Source of the DNA: Gammaproteobacteria bacterium
GTDB lineage: Bacteria; Pseudomonadota; Gammaproteobacteria; UBA4575
Length of the DNA: 64,000 bases
Reading direction: 5' to 3'
Assembly (NCBI GenBank): GCA_045105815.1
Contig: JBGCDX010000098.1
Coordinates: 5,440-69,439, forward strand
The position numbers and the translations under genes were made by a program. This document shows, in pieces, positions 9,887-18,700 of the stretch. Each line of letters starts with the position of its first letter. Positions within the stretch are counted from its first letter, which is position 1. Below the pieces are notes generated by a model. The model searched no databases. It was given only the letters and a program-made list of their open reading frames with translations, and was not told the DNA's origin.

Positions 9887-9934
9887 GTAATACCAAACTG
9901 AAGCTCTTAGATATCTTTGTGGGACGCTCCCATT

Positions 9935-9962
9935 CACCGCAGCCTTAGCTGCGGTGTTATAT
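9935..9962 (+). terminator. Weak terminator-like hairpin after the EamA gene (CACCGCAGC-ctta-GCTGCGGTG then TTATATT)
   Basis: Perfect 9-bp stem. The following U-tract is poor. Confidence 0.35.
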
Positions 9963-10231
9963 TAGAGGTTGTACAGGTTTTATATTATGAGCGTTTCCAT
10001 TAATTACTATTTAATACAGTAAGTTAGGCTAACCACGATAAATCACTGCTTTTATTGTACAATACATGTATAAGTTATTTATGTAGTAGGTATATACATT
10101 ATGTGTACATTTTACTACGATGGTCTCAAGAAATCTCAAATATGCCGTTATACATAGTCATATAAAAAGATTTCAACTTTTTAAGATAATTTTACAATAT
10201 CTGTACAATGATTGTACATAAGGAGACTAAA

Positions 10232-11374
10232 GTGAAAAAATTACTCATTAACGCAAGGTACTTTTCAGCACCTCTGCTAATACTGGGAGCCTTGTTTGGT
10301 GTTCTCGCCGGCGGACCCTGGGTATGGACGGGTGTAGCATTACTCGGTGCTGCGATCATCATCGATACATTGGTAACCCGTGCCACCCCCGGCGCAGGTT
10401 TCGATGAAGACGGTAATACTAATGCAATTGTACCGTTACAGAATGGCATGATGTACGGAATGCTCGCCATCTTCATATTGTTGCAAATCGCATTAGGATG
10501 GCGCATTTCACAATATATGGATGCTGTGCCAATTGCGAACGCAACCTTGTTAGGTCTTGCTATTCAAAACGGAATAACAGGCTCGCAGTTAATCGGCGCA
10601 GTATTGTCTACAGGAATTTTTGCTGGTATCGGCATTATCTACGGACATGAGCTTGCACATACTAAAGGATTTAGTTTTGTAATCGCCCGTTGGATGATGG
10701 CTTTAAGTGGTAAAGCTCATTTCTGCTACGCACATGTATACAACCATCACTTAGAACTTGGACATCAAGACGATCCTGCTACCGCTCCACGAGGCAGAAG
10801 CTTATTTGCACATTACCCACTCTCAGGTATTGGTCAAAGTAAGTTTTTATTCCTAATGGAAAAGAGGCGTTTAGAAAGATTAGATGTGCCTTTCATATCA
10901 TGGAAAAACAGATGGCTACGTGGCTACGCCATGACATTACCAACTGTATTTCTATTTTGGTTCGCTGGTGGATGGATTGGTATTACATGTTTAGCTGGTG
11001 TTTGGTTTATCGCAAACTTCGAATTAGAGGCGCTTAACTACCTTGAGCACTATGGATTAATTCGTGAAAAAGGACAGCCAATTGACTATCGCCACAGCTG
11101 GGATAACAGCACTGCATTCACTAGTTGGTTTTTCATTGAGATTGGTCGTCAAGCTGACCACCATGATCGTGGAGAAACCCATTACTGGGAATTAGATGAA
11201 GTAGGTGCTCCTGATTGTGGCCGCGGTTACTTCACGCTGTTTGCCTTAGCGTTAATGCCAAAGGTTTGGCATAAGTTTATTAATAAGAAACTTAACGACT
11301 GGGATAACGAAATGGCATCTGAAGGTGAACTTAAAATAGCCAAAGAAATGAATACACAAGCCGGATATTCATAA
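10232..11374 (+). CDS. AlkB-type integral-membrane alkane/fatty-acid hydroxylase (non-heme diiron, His-box family)
   Basis: His boxes GHELAHTKG, NHHLELGH...DPATAPRGRS, NYLEHYGL and RQADHHDRGETHY align with the P. putida AlkB motifs HELGHK, EHNKGHH, NYIEHYGL and LQRHSDHHA. I prefer the GTG at 10232 because AGGAGA sits 5 nt upstream. The ATG at 10208 has no RBS. Confidence 0.7.
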   Translation: MKKLLINARYFSAPLLILGALFGVLAGGPWVWTGVALLGAAIIIDTLVTRATPGAGFDEDGNTNAIVPLQNGMMYGMLAIFILLQIALGWRISQYMDAVPIANATLLGLAIQNGITGSQLIGAVLSTGIFAGIGIIYGHELAHTKGFSFVIARWMMALSGKAHFCYAHVYNHHLELGHQDDPATAPRGRSLFAHYPLSGIGQSKFLFLMEKRRLERLDVPFISWKNRWLRGYAMTLPTVFLFWFAGGWIGITCLAGVWFIANFELEALNYLEHYGLIREKGQPIDYRHSWDNSTAFTSWFFIEIGRQADHHDRGETHYWELDEVGAPDCGRGYFTLFALALMPKVWHKFINKKLNDWDNEMASEGELKIAKEMNTQAGYS

Positions 11375-11411
11375 CCCCCTCGTGTTGAGTCCATATTTCA
11401 ACACATAACCT

Positions 11412-11437
11412 GACCCCCTCTATGGGGGTCTTTTTTT
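11412..11437 (+). terminator. Rho-independent terminator (GACCCCC-tctat-GGGGGTC, then TTTTTTT)
   Basis: Lies 38 nt after the stop codon of the AlkB-like gene. Confidence 0.65.
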
Positions 11438-11460
11438 AACTATATTTTTTTCTCTACTAT

Positions 11461-11859
11461 ATGAAAATGCAATCAAGCGAATCAAAACTTAACTTCCCAA
11501 AGGATTCACCTCATCTTGTATTTTATGATGACCGCTGTTCATTATGCACAGCAGAGATTAATCATTATCAAAAACTAGAGACATGCCATCCTATACAATG
11601 GATTGGGATCCATAAAAATCGAGATATTGTGCAACAACATAGCTTTACACAAAAGCAACTTTTAGAACGACTGCATGTAGTGCAAGGAAATGGAGAAACG
11701 CATATAGGAGCCTCTGCATTTATTACCATATGGCTTTCTATTAAACGTTATAGAGTGGTTGGACTAATGGTGAAAAAATTAAGGCTTACACCAATACTAA
11801 ATTATTTTTACGAACCCTTTGCGAAGCGGCGCTACCAGAAACGTATTTGTAAAATCTAG
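11461..11859 (+). CDS. DCC1-like thiol-disulfide oxidoreductase family protein (DUF393)
   Basis: 132 aa. Carries the hallmark VFYDDRCSLCTAEINHYQ (FYDGxCxLC-type motif). Confidence 0.75.
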   Translation: MKMQSSESKLNFPKDSPHLVFYDDRCSLCTAEINHYQKLETCHPIQWIGIHKNRDIVQQHSFTQKQLLERLHVVQGNGETHIGASAFITIWLSIKRYRVVGLMVKKLRLTPILNYFYEPFAKRRYQKRICKI

Positions 11860-12473
11860 ATTGAAGTATTCGCTCCTAATAGTGGCGTTTTAAGGTCAAC
11901 GATATCTGCTAACAATGAATTACCCGAAAGAAACAAACACTCTTCTTTTCCCATCTTAATTTCAAGAGATTGTTGGAGTGAACGTGCTAACGCATTTGCG
12001 CCTAACCTTTGATAATACGGTAGTTGTTGCATAAAAAATGGTAATTTTTCTACCAAGGGAGTTTCATTATTAACGCTGTGAATAAAGGCTTGTTCAAGAT
12101 CATTTACAGCCGTAACCACATCAGAATAGTCCTGCCAATCTAATGATAGGTCCAAACTCCAGCTCATATCTTTATTTAAGCTGCATTCAGAAAAATATAC
12201 TCCCGGATCATGTGTTATCCATGCCTGTGGCTCTATTAAACTCAATTTCCATTCTTGCTTTTTATAATATAAGTAATAAGCCTTACCTATGACGGGCTTA
12301 AAGCCATATTTAGCACCTAGCACCAAAGTAGAAGTAAAGTAATCTGCTAACCACTGATGACTGTTTTTAGCCTGTACATTTATAGGTGTAACAGCACGCA
12401 GATCATCAACAACACCAACTACACCCTTGCCTTGTGGGTTACTTATTTTTTGAATCTGTCCTGACATGTACAT
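11856..12473 (-). CDS. Hypothetical protein, last gene of the RR-HK-GT operon
   Basis: 205 aa with no recognisable motif and no TM. Co-directional with the upstream glycosyltransferase gene, 14 bp away. Confidence 0.5.
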   Translation of the reverse strand: MYMSGQIQKISNPQGKGVVGVVDDLRAVTPINVQAKNSHQWLADYFTSTLVLGAKYGFKPVIGKAYYLYYKKQEWKLSLIEPQAWITHDPGVYFSECSLNKDMSWSLDLSLDWQDYSDVVTAVNDLEQAFIHSVNNETPLVEKLPFFMQQLPYYQRLGANALARSLQQSLEIKMGKEECLFLSGNSLLADIVDLKTPLLGANTSI

Positions 12474-12486
12474 AATTTTACCAATA

Positions 12487-13248
12487 TTAAACCCGGATAT
12501 TGAAAATTTGGTCTGCTTTTAATACCTGTATACACTTTTCCATTGAGTTTGCACTGTACGCATCATCTTCATACAGAGAGTTACACAAATTAGCTGCAGC
12601 TATGGGTTGGGTTGATTTTCTTTGGAAAAGATCTAATGCCTCACCTCCACCATTTGTAATATCTTTTATAACCAATGGGCTAAGCATTCCTGCGCTTTCA
12701 AGAACAGGGCATTGAACTACATTATGAATAGCAGTTAATAATTTTGGGCCAATATATTGAGGCGGCATGTTGCCCATATTTTTTAATACCAAACGTTCTG
12801 CTGTATCGATATAGAACTCTAAAAATGGATTACCTTTTTTAAACATCATAAATGCATTATGCACTTTGATATACGCAATCAGTTTCTTCGGATTATCATG
12901 TGCACTTTGAACCCATACTTCTCGCCCAACTGCATAATTTTCATCAGGTAGAACAAATTGTGCAGGTAAAAATATTAGGAAATCTGCATCGCACCATACA
13001 ACCACCTCATACCCATCTTTCAAATATTTTTTTAATGCCAGCAAACGTGCTAAATCAGTAGCAATCACAATCTGATTTTTAGTCTTATTAAGAACATCAT
13101 TAGATACATAATCAAATAACTCATCACCAATGAATTTATAATCATAGTTATTAATTGAAGCCCAACTACGAACTGAATCTATACATATTTGTAGCCATTG
13201 CGCGGGCAGCGGTTGCCGATGGGACTGAAGAACAAGAGTTTTAGGCAT
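12487..13248 (-). CDS. DXD-motif glycosyltransferase (Gly_transf_sug-like)
   Basis: 253 aa. IATDLARLLALKKYLKDGYEVVVWCDADFLIF matches the sugar-binding/DXD region of OCH1/capsule-type glycosyltransferases. Start lies 4 bp after the histidine kinase stop. Confidence 0.55.
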   Translation of the reverse strand: MPKTLVLQSHRQPLPAQWLQICIDSVRSWASINNYDYKFIGDELFDYVSNDVLNKTKNQIVIATDLARLLALKKYLKDGYEVVVWCDADFLIFLPAQFVLPDENYAVGREVWVQSAHDNPKKLIAYIKVHNAFMMFKKGNPFLEFYIDTAERLVLKNMGNMPPQYIGPKLLTAIHNVVQCPVLESAGMLSPLVIKDITNGGGEALDLFQRKSTQPIAAANLCNSLYEDDAYSANSMEKCIQVLKADQIFNIRV

Positions 13249-13251
13249 GAT

Positions 13252-14316
13252 CTAAAGTGAGATAATAACTTTTAGTCCTGGCTGGTTATCTTCCAGTGAT
13301 ATAGAAGCTTTGTGCAACTTCAAAACCGCATTGACCAGACTTAATCCCAAGCCTGATCCTTCTATATGTTGCTGCTCTTGATCACGATAAAAGCGATCAA
13401 AAGCTTTTTCAACCGAACCATGAGGGATGCCAGGTCCATTATCTTGAATAATAATTATTTTTTCATTACTACTATTTTCAAGAGAAATTTTTATCACGCC
13501 ATTATGCTGAGTAAACTTAATCGCATTATCTAGAAGATTTGCTATCACTTGAAAAAATAAATCACGATCTCCCTTATAACTAATTGCTTTACTATCGACC
13601 GTAAATGTTTGGTTTTTTTCTTCAGCTAGGGGCATATATAGATCAACTGCATCTTGCACCACTTTTCCCAGATCAAATTCCTCAAACCTAGAGCCCTGAC
13701 GCCCTGATTCCAAACTAGACAAACTCAGTAATGCGTTAAATGTTTTTAATAAACTATCAACGTCTTTAACTAATGATGCTTTTCCTTCAATCTCATCATA
13801 TTTTTCCAAACCACTTTTATTTGAATTCTGCTCAAGTTTGTTTCTTAATCTTGCAAGTGGCGTACGTAAATCATGTGCAACCGTATCTGTAATATGTTGC
13901 ACACCTTCCATTAAGGTTTCAATTTTTTCAAGCATTTCATTCAAGACGTCTCCCAGAAAACTAAGATCGTCCCAGCGTGAATCAATTTCGATTCGCTTAG
14001 TTAAATCACCTGTTGTAATTATTTCTTGCGCCGTATTCGCTATACGATTAATGCGTGTTACCACAAAAACACTTATCAGATAACCCATCACACCCATGAT
14101 TAGCAAAGCTAATATGCTGATAACACTAAGTAGCACAAAAGCTTGGCTCAGCTCTGTTTCACTCTGCTGATAGAATAGATATATAGAAATGCTCAATGCA
14201 ATTACAGCAAATGCCAATAAAACTGCAAATAATGTTGCGACTTTAAAGCTAGAGCTGCTTCTATAATGCCTTTTTTTATTGCTTTTAAGTGTCGTCAATG
14301 ATGTAGCCTGCGCCAC
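13252..14316 (-). CDS. Sensor histidine kinase (two N-terminal TM helices with a minimal periplasmic loop, HAMP, HisKA, HATPase_c)
   Basis: H-box VAHDLRTPLARL. G-boxes IQDNGPGIP and GSGLGLSLV. The ORF begins at a GTG that overlaps the RR stop by 32 nt. Confidence 0.85.
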   Translation of the reverse strand: MAQATSLTTLKSNKKRHYRSSSSFKVATLFAVLLAFAVIALSISIYLFYQQSETELSQAFVLLSVISILALLIMGVMGYLISVFVVTRINRIANTAQEIITTGDLTKRIEIDSRWDDLSFLGDVLNEMLEKIETLMEGVQHITDTVAHDLRTPLARLRNKLEQNSNKSGLEKYDEIEGKASLVKDVDSLLKTFNALLSLSSLESGRQGSRFEEFDLGKVVQDAVDLYMPLAEEKNQTFTVDSKAISYKGDRDLFFQVIANLLDNAIKFTQHNGVIKISLENSSNEKIIIIQDNGPGIPHGSVEKAFDRFYRDQEQQHIEGSGLGLSLVNAVLKLHKASISLEDNQPGLKVIISL

Positions 14317-14962
14317 GCATAGTTTTAATGAGTTGTTTATCAGAGTTTTTATCTATTTTTTGTCGTAAGCGACTTATATGCACATCAATCACATTTGTCT
14401 GTGGATCAAAATGATAGTCCCATACATATTCTAGTAACATAGTGCGCGTTACGATTTGCCCTTTATGTCTTAAAAGGTATTCAAGTAATCTAAATTCTGT
14501 TGCTTGTAGAGAGACTTCTGCACCATTACTTTTGACTTTACGTGTCAATAAATCCAGCTCAACGCCTTGTGCTGATAAACATGTTTCTACATCTGCAGAC
14601 TTTCTATTTCTTCTATCTAGCGCTTCAATTCTTGCCAACAGTTCAGAAAAGGCAAAAGGTTTAACTAAATAGTCATCACCACCCGCTCGCAAACCCTTTA
14701 CACGGTCATCCACTTCACCAAGAGCACTGAAAATTAATATTGGCGTTATATTGCCAGCACCTCGTAACGTTTTAATAATTGTGAGGCCATCTATACCTGG
14801 AAGCATTCTATCAATAAGTAATACATCGTATTGCTCGGTTGTGCTTAAAAACAAGCCATCATTACCATCGGCTGCAGTATCTACAACATGACCTATTTCA
14901 GTTAGGCCGTTACTTACATAATCAAGTAGTTCTTGGTCATCTTCTATACAAAGGATACGCAT
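14285..14962 (-). CDS. OmpR-family response regulator (receiver plus winged-helix)
   Basis: Trimmed to MRILCIEDDQELL (ATG at 14960-14962). The longer ORF adds an unlikely hydrophobic leader. C-terminal trans_reg_C-like domain ...LLEYVWDYHFDPQTNVIDVHISRLRQKI. Confidence 0.9.
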   Translation of the reverse strand: MRILCIEDDQELLDYVSNGLTEIGHVVDTAADGNDGLFLSTTEQYDVLLIDRMLPGIDGLTIIKTLRGAGNITPILIFSALGEVDDRVKGLRAGGDDYLVKPFAFSELLARIEALDRRNRKSADVETCLSAQGVELDLLTRKVKSNGAEVSLQATEFRLLEYLLRHKGQIVTRTMLLEYVWDYHFDPQTNVIDVHISRLRQKIDKNSDKQLIKTMRGAGYIIDDT

Positions 14963-15003
14963 AATAATCACTATGATACTGGCTACAGACAAATATCCAA
15001 TGT

Positions 15004-15017
15004 TTGTAAAATTACAA
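15004..15017. promoter_or_regulatory. Palindrome TTGTAAAATTACAA in the divergent RR / lipid-modification-cluster intergenic region
   Basis: Perfect 6-bp arms with a 2-bp centre. Lies 42 bp upstream of the RR start codon (14962) and 81 bp upstream of the cluster start (15098). Confidence 0.3.
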
Positions 15018-15097
15018 AAATTTAATGCTCGGTTAAGGTCAATTTTAAGCAAGAAAGTACATACTAGAGGGGATATTTAACACACAAACCAATAACC

Positions 15098-15667
15098 ATG
15101 CAGATAAAGCACTTAAGTTATTCATTACTTTTACTATGGTTTTTTTCATCGGCATCATCGGCGACTAGTAACCAAGTATTCAGTCCATTACCTAACCAAG
15201 TGCTAGAAAGATGGAATAATTTTTCATTCGTTGGTGAAACCACGTTACGTCGTTATGGATTCCACGTGTATGACGCTTCTTTTTGGATAATGGGAGATAA
15301 ATCAGACAATTTTAGCTCTTCTGATATTTTATCTAACCATTCGTATGCTTTAAGCATTACCTATGCACGAAAAATAAGTGCACAACAATTATTGTCTAGT
15401 ACAAAAAAAGAATGGCAAAGACTAGGGTTTGCGAAGCGATACCCTCTCAATGCATGGTTGATCATGTTAGAAAACATTTGGCCAAGTGTTGAGAAAGGAG
15501 ATCAATTAATCGTGGTAGTAACTACGCAAGGAAAAACAACATTCTTTAATAAAAGCAATTCACTGGGCACCATTGATGATTCAAAATTTGGCCCAGCATT
15601 TTTATCTATCTGGCTAGACGAAAATTCACGCTTTAAGAAGAACCGTGAGGAACTATTAGGTGAGTAA
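15098..15667 (+). CDS. Chalcone-isomerase-like family secreted protein
   Basis: 189 aa with a signal peptide. VGETTLRRYGFHVYDASFWI resembles the Chalcone_3 family core. First gene of the eight-gene overlapping cluster. Confidence 0.5.
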   Translation: MQIKHLSYSLLLLWFFSSASSATSNQVFSPLPNQVLERWNNFSFVGETTLRRYGFHVYDASFWIMGDKSDNFSSSDILSNHSYALSITYARKISAQQLLSSTKKEWQRLGFAKRYPLNAWLIMLENIWPSVEKGDQLIVVVTTQGKTTFFNKSNSLGTIDDSKFGPAFLSIWLDENSRFKKNREELLGE

Positions 15668-16208
15668 ATTACAATTAATAAGACATTTAACTAGTTTTTT
15701 AGCAATAGTACTGATTTTAGGCTGCAGTACTACCACTTCAGATTATCAAGATACTCAACCTGAATTTGACCTTAAAGAGTATTTCACTGGTGAACTCAAA
15801 GGCTGGGGCTTAATAAAAAATTATCAAGGGAAAGTTACCAAACGGTTTACCGTAGAAATGACTGGCACATGGAAAGAAAACAAAGGTGTCTTATATGAAT
15901 TATTTACATACCAAGATGGCACTACACAAGAGCGTACGTGGTACTTAACGAAACAAGATAACAATATAAATACTGGTACTGCTAGTGATGTTGTCGGTGA
16001 AGCATCAGGCACACAAGAAGGTTTTTCATTTAATTGGAATTATGACTTGTTATTTGAGTCAGATGGCAAACAAATTCAAGTTCATTTACAAGATTGGTTA
16101 TACCAAGTAGACGACCATGCCGTTATTAGCGAAGCAAAAATTAAAAAGTTTGGTATCAATGTTGGCGAAGTGATCATATTTATACTCAAACAGGATGCAC
16201 AACAATGA
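15660..16208 (+). CDS. DUF3833-like lipoprotein
   Basis: GTG start overlaps the upstream gene by 8 nt. Lipobox LILGCSTTTS. The EYFTGELKGWG motif region is typical of DUF3833 (from memory). Confidence 0.5.
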   Translation: MSKLQLIRHLTSFLAIVLILGCSTTTSDYQDTQPEFDLKEYFTGELKGWGLIKNYQGKVTKRFTVEMTGTWKENKGVLYELFTYQDGTTQERTWYLTKQDNNINTGTASDVVGEASGTQEGFSFNWNYDLLFESDGKQIQVHLQDWLYQVDDHAVISEAKIKKFGINVGEVIIFILKQDAQQ

Positions 16209-16630
16209 GCTCACCACAAATTGAACAATTCATAAAAAATATGAATTCCATCCAACATGAAAATGCTAAACATGTGTTAGCAAATATATATACCGATGAT
16301 GTTGTTTTCATTGACCCTGTAAAAACTATAAAAGGTGTAGAAAACTTAACAAAGTACTTCGAAGACCTTTATAAAAGCGTCTCTTCTTGCCATTTCAAGT
16401 TAACTAATAATGTACCTAATAATAATCGCTATTCATTGGAATGGATAATGACTCTACAACATAAGAAAATATCAAATAATCAAGAGATTGAGTTGAATGG
16501 AGCATCATTTATTGAATTTATCGACGATAAAGTTTGTTACCACCGTGACTACTATGATCTCGGCGCTTTAGTTTATGAACGTATTCCGATACTTGGCTCA
16601 GTAATTAAAAAAATTCGTCATGCTATCTAA
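16205..16630 (+). CDS. NTF2/SnoaL-like family protein
   Basis: 141 aa. Composition is compatible with the alpha+beta cone fold. Overlaps the upstream gene by 4 nt (ATGA). Confidence 0.55.
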   Translation: MSSPQIEQFIKNMNSIQHENAKHVLANIYTDDVVFIDPVKTIKGVENLTKYFEDLYKSVSSCHFKLTNNVPNNNRYSLEWIMTLQHKKISNNQEIELNGASFIEFIDDKVCYHRDYYDLGALVYERIPILGSVIKKIRHAI

Positions 16631-17426
16631 TAAGACACAAAAACATTTTGAAAATAAAGTGATCTGGGTGACCGGTGCTTCATCAGGCATTGGCCGAGCA
16701 TTGGTCATTATGCTATCTAACATAGATTGTAAAATATATATTTCTTCACGCTCTGAAGATAATTTACATAAGACAATCGCCCAATGCCGAGACTCAAACA
16801 AAAAAAATATAGTCGTTCTAGCAGGAGATTTAACAAACAAACAAGTTAATCAAGAAATTCTAAAGAATATTGAACAAACCTCTGGAAAATTGGATATAGC
16901 AGTCTTAAATGCAGGTTCTTGTGAGTATGTTGATATAAATAATTTTGACAGCTCGTTATTTGAACGTCAGATAAAGACAAATTTTTTAAGTATGGTGTAT
17001 GGAATTGAGGCAGCCCTGCCTTTATTAAAGAAATCCGTAGAAGCCCAGCTAATAGGAATGAGTAGTACTGCTGCATATCTGGGTCTACCACGAGCTGAAG
17101 CTTATGGTGCTACCAAAGCTGCAATACGCAATATGTTCGCTGCCTTACGTGTAAGTTTACAGGCTCACAAAATAAGCAGTTCGGTAATCTGCCCAGGTTT
17201 TGTTGAAACAGAGCTTACTGCAAAAAATGATTTTGATATGCCTGCGATGATAACGGCTGTTAAATCTGCTGAATATATACTTAATGGAATCGCCAAACAT
17301 AAACAAGAAATACATTTTCCAAAGCGATTTAGCCTAACACTAAAACTAATAGCGTCTTTACCTAACCCAGTGGTTAGTTGGCTAATAAGAAAAACCATAC
17401 CAAAAAGCAGCAATACCAACACATGA
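16620..17426 (+). CDS. Short-chain dehydrogenase/reductase (SDR)
   Basis: VTGASSGIGRAL cofactor motif. Catalytic YGATKAA (YxxxK). Overlaps the upstream gene by 11 nt. Confidence 0.85.
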   Translation: MLSNKTQKHFENKVIWVTGASSGIGRALVIMLSNIDCKIYISSRSEDNLHKTIAQCRDSNKKNIVVLAGDLTNKQVNQEILKNIEQTSGKLDIAVLNAGSCEYVDINNFDSSLFERQIKTNFLSMVYGIEAALPLLKKSVEAQLIGMSSTAAYLGLPRAEAYGATKAAIRNMFAALRVSLQAHKISSSVICPGFVETELTAKNDFDMPAMITAVKSAEYILNGIAKHKQEIHFPKRFSLTLKLIASLPNPVVSWLIRKTIPKSSNTNT

Positions 17427-18700
17427 AGATTGCAATAATAGGTTCAGGTATTGCTGGTCTAACTGCCGCACATTTATTGCACCCAGACCATGACATTACT
17501 GTTTATGAATCAGATAGCTATGTTGGTGGGCATGCGAATACTATCGACGTAACTATGAAAGATACCACTATTTCTATAGATACCGGTTTTATTGTATTCA
17601 ATGACTGGACCTATCCCAACTTTGAAAAACTAATTAACTCCTTAGATATTCAGATTCAAAACTCAGAAATGAGTTTTTCGGCAATATGTGAAGAAAGCGG
17701 ATTTGAATGGTCTGGTAATGGCTTAAAAGGTTTAATTTTTAATTCTGATAACTGGAAACAACTAAAGCCTTATCAAATATTTTATGACATTGTTAGATTT
17801 AAGAAATTAGCATTAGCATTTTTAAACCAGAAAAATGAACAAATGACTCTTGGTGATTTTTTAGCTACTAATGAGTTCAGCGCACCCTTCATCAAGTATT
17901 ACATTTTACCTATGGGTGCAGCTATATGGTCTTCTACACTTGAGCAGATCAATGAATACCCGTGCAAAAGTTTTTTAACGTTTTTCAAAAATCATGGCTT
18001 ATTAAATTTAAAAATCCGACCACAATGGAAAACTGTTGTCGGCGGATCTAAACGATATGTCACTGAACTAATCAAACCATTTGAAAATAAAATTCATACC
18101 AATAGTGCAGTAACCAAAGTAAAGAGAGTTGCAGGTCGAGTTGAAATCTTCTCAACTGGACGCAGTCCTGCGTATTTTGATCATGTCTTCTTTGCTTGTC
18201 ATAGTGATCAAACATTAGCTTTATTAGACCATTGCAGCTCAAATGAAATTAATATTTTAGGTGATATCCAATATCAAGATAATATTGCTGTTTTGCATAC
18301 CGATGAATCAACCATGCCAAAAAGAGAAACTGCCTGGTCGTCTTGGAATTACTTTATCCCCAAAGAAAATACAGGCAATGCGAATGTAACTTACTATATG
18401 AATCGCTTACAGAACCTAAATTGTAAGAAAAATTACTTTGTAACACTAAACCCTTGCCAAAATATACATTCATCCAAAGTTTTAAAAACTATTCACTACA
18501 AGCACCCTGTATTTGATACTCCTGCAATTAATGCACAAAAGCACTATGAAACCATCAACGGAAAAGAGAATACATGGTTCTGTGGCGCTTATTGGCGTAA
18601 TGGTTTTCATGAAGATGGTGTATGGAGCGCAATCCGCGCTGTTGATAACTTTAACATGTATTTAAAAGATGAAGAGCTGCATTTACAAAGGGCGAGTTAG
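17423..18700 (+). CDS. NAD(P)/FAD-dependent oxidoreductase (amine-oxidase / phytoene-desaturase-like)
   Basis: Start moved to MKIAIIGSGIAGLTAAHLL (Rossmann GxGxxG). Forms an ATGA overlap with the SDR stop. About 425 aa. Confidence 0.8.
   Translation: MKIAIIGSGIAGLTAAHLLHPDHDITVYESDSYVGGHANTIDVTMKDTTISIDTGFIVFNDWTYPNFEKLINSLDIQIQNSEMSFSAICEESGFEWSGNGLKGLIFNSDNWKQLKPYQIFYDIVRFKKLALAFLNQKNEQMTLGDFLATNEFSAPFIKYYILPMGAAIWSSTLEQINEYPCKSFLTFFKNHGLLNLKIRPQWKTVVGGSKRYVTELIKPFENKIHTNSAVTKVKRVAGRVEIFSTGRSPAYFDHVFFACHSDQTLALLDHCSSNEINILGDIQYQDNIAVLHTDESTMPKRETAWSSWNYFIPKENTGNANVTYYMNRLQNLNCKKNYFVTLNPCQNIHSSKVLKTIHYKHPVFDTPAINAQKHYETINGKENTWFCGAYWRNGFHEDGVWSAIRAVDNFNMYLKDEELHLQRAS

Noticed and set aside
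10208-10231. ATG at 10208 as the start of the AlkB-like gene (ORF-track start)
   Set aside because: No Shine-Dalgarno sequence precedes it. The GTG at 10232 has AGGAGA 5 nt upstream, and the two TGTACA repeats would lie inside the coding sequence if 10208 were used. I called 10232 instead with moderate confidence.
14963-15052. 30-codon N-terminal extension of the response regulator ORF (MLKIDLNRALNFCNFTNIGYLSVASIIVII...)
   Set aside because: OmpR-family regulators begin directly with the receiver domain (MRILCIEDD...). The extension is hydrophobic and atypical, and there is an ATG at the conserved position.
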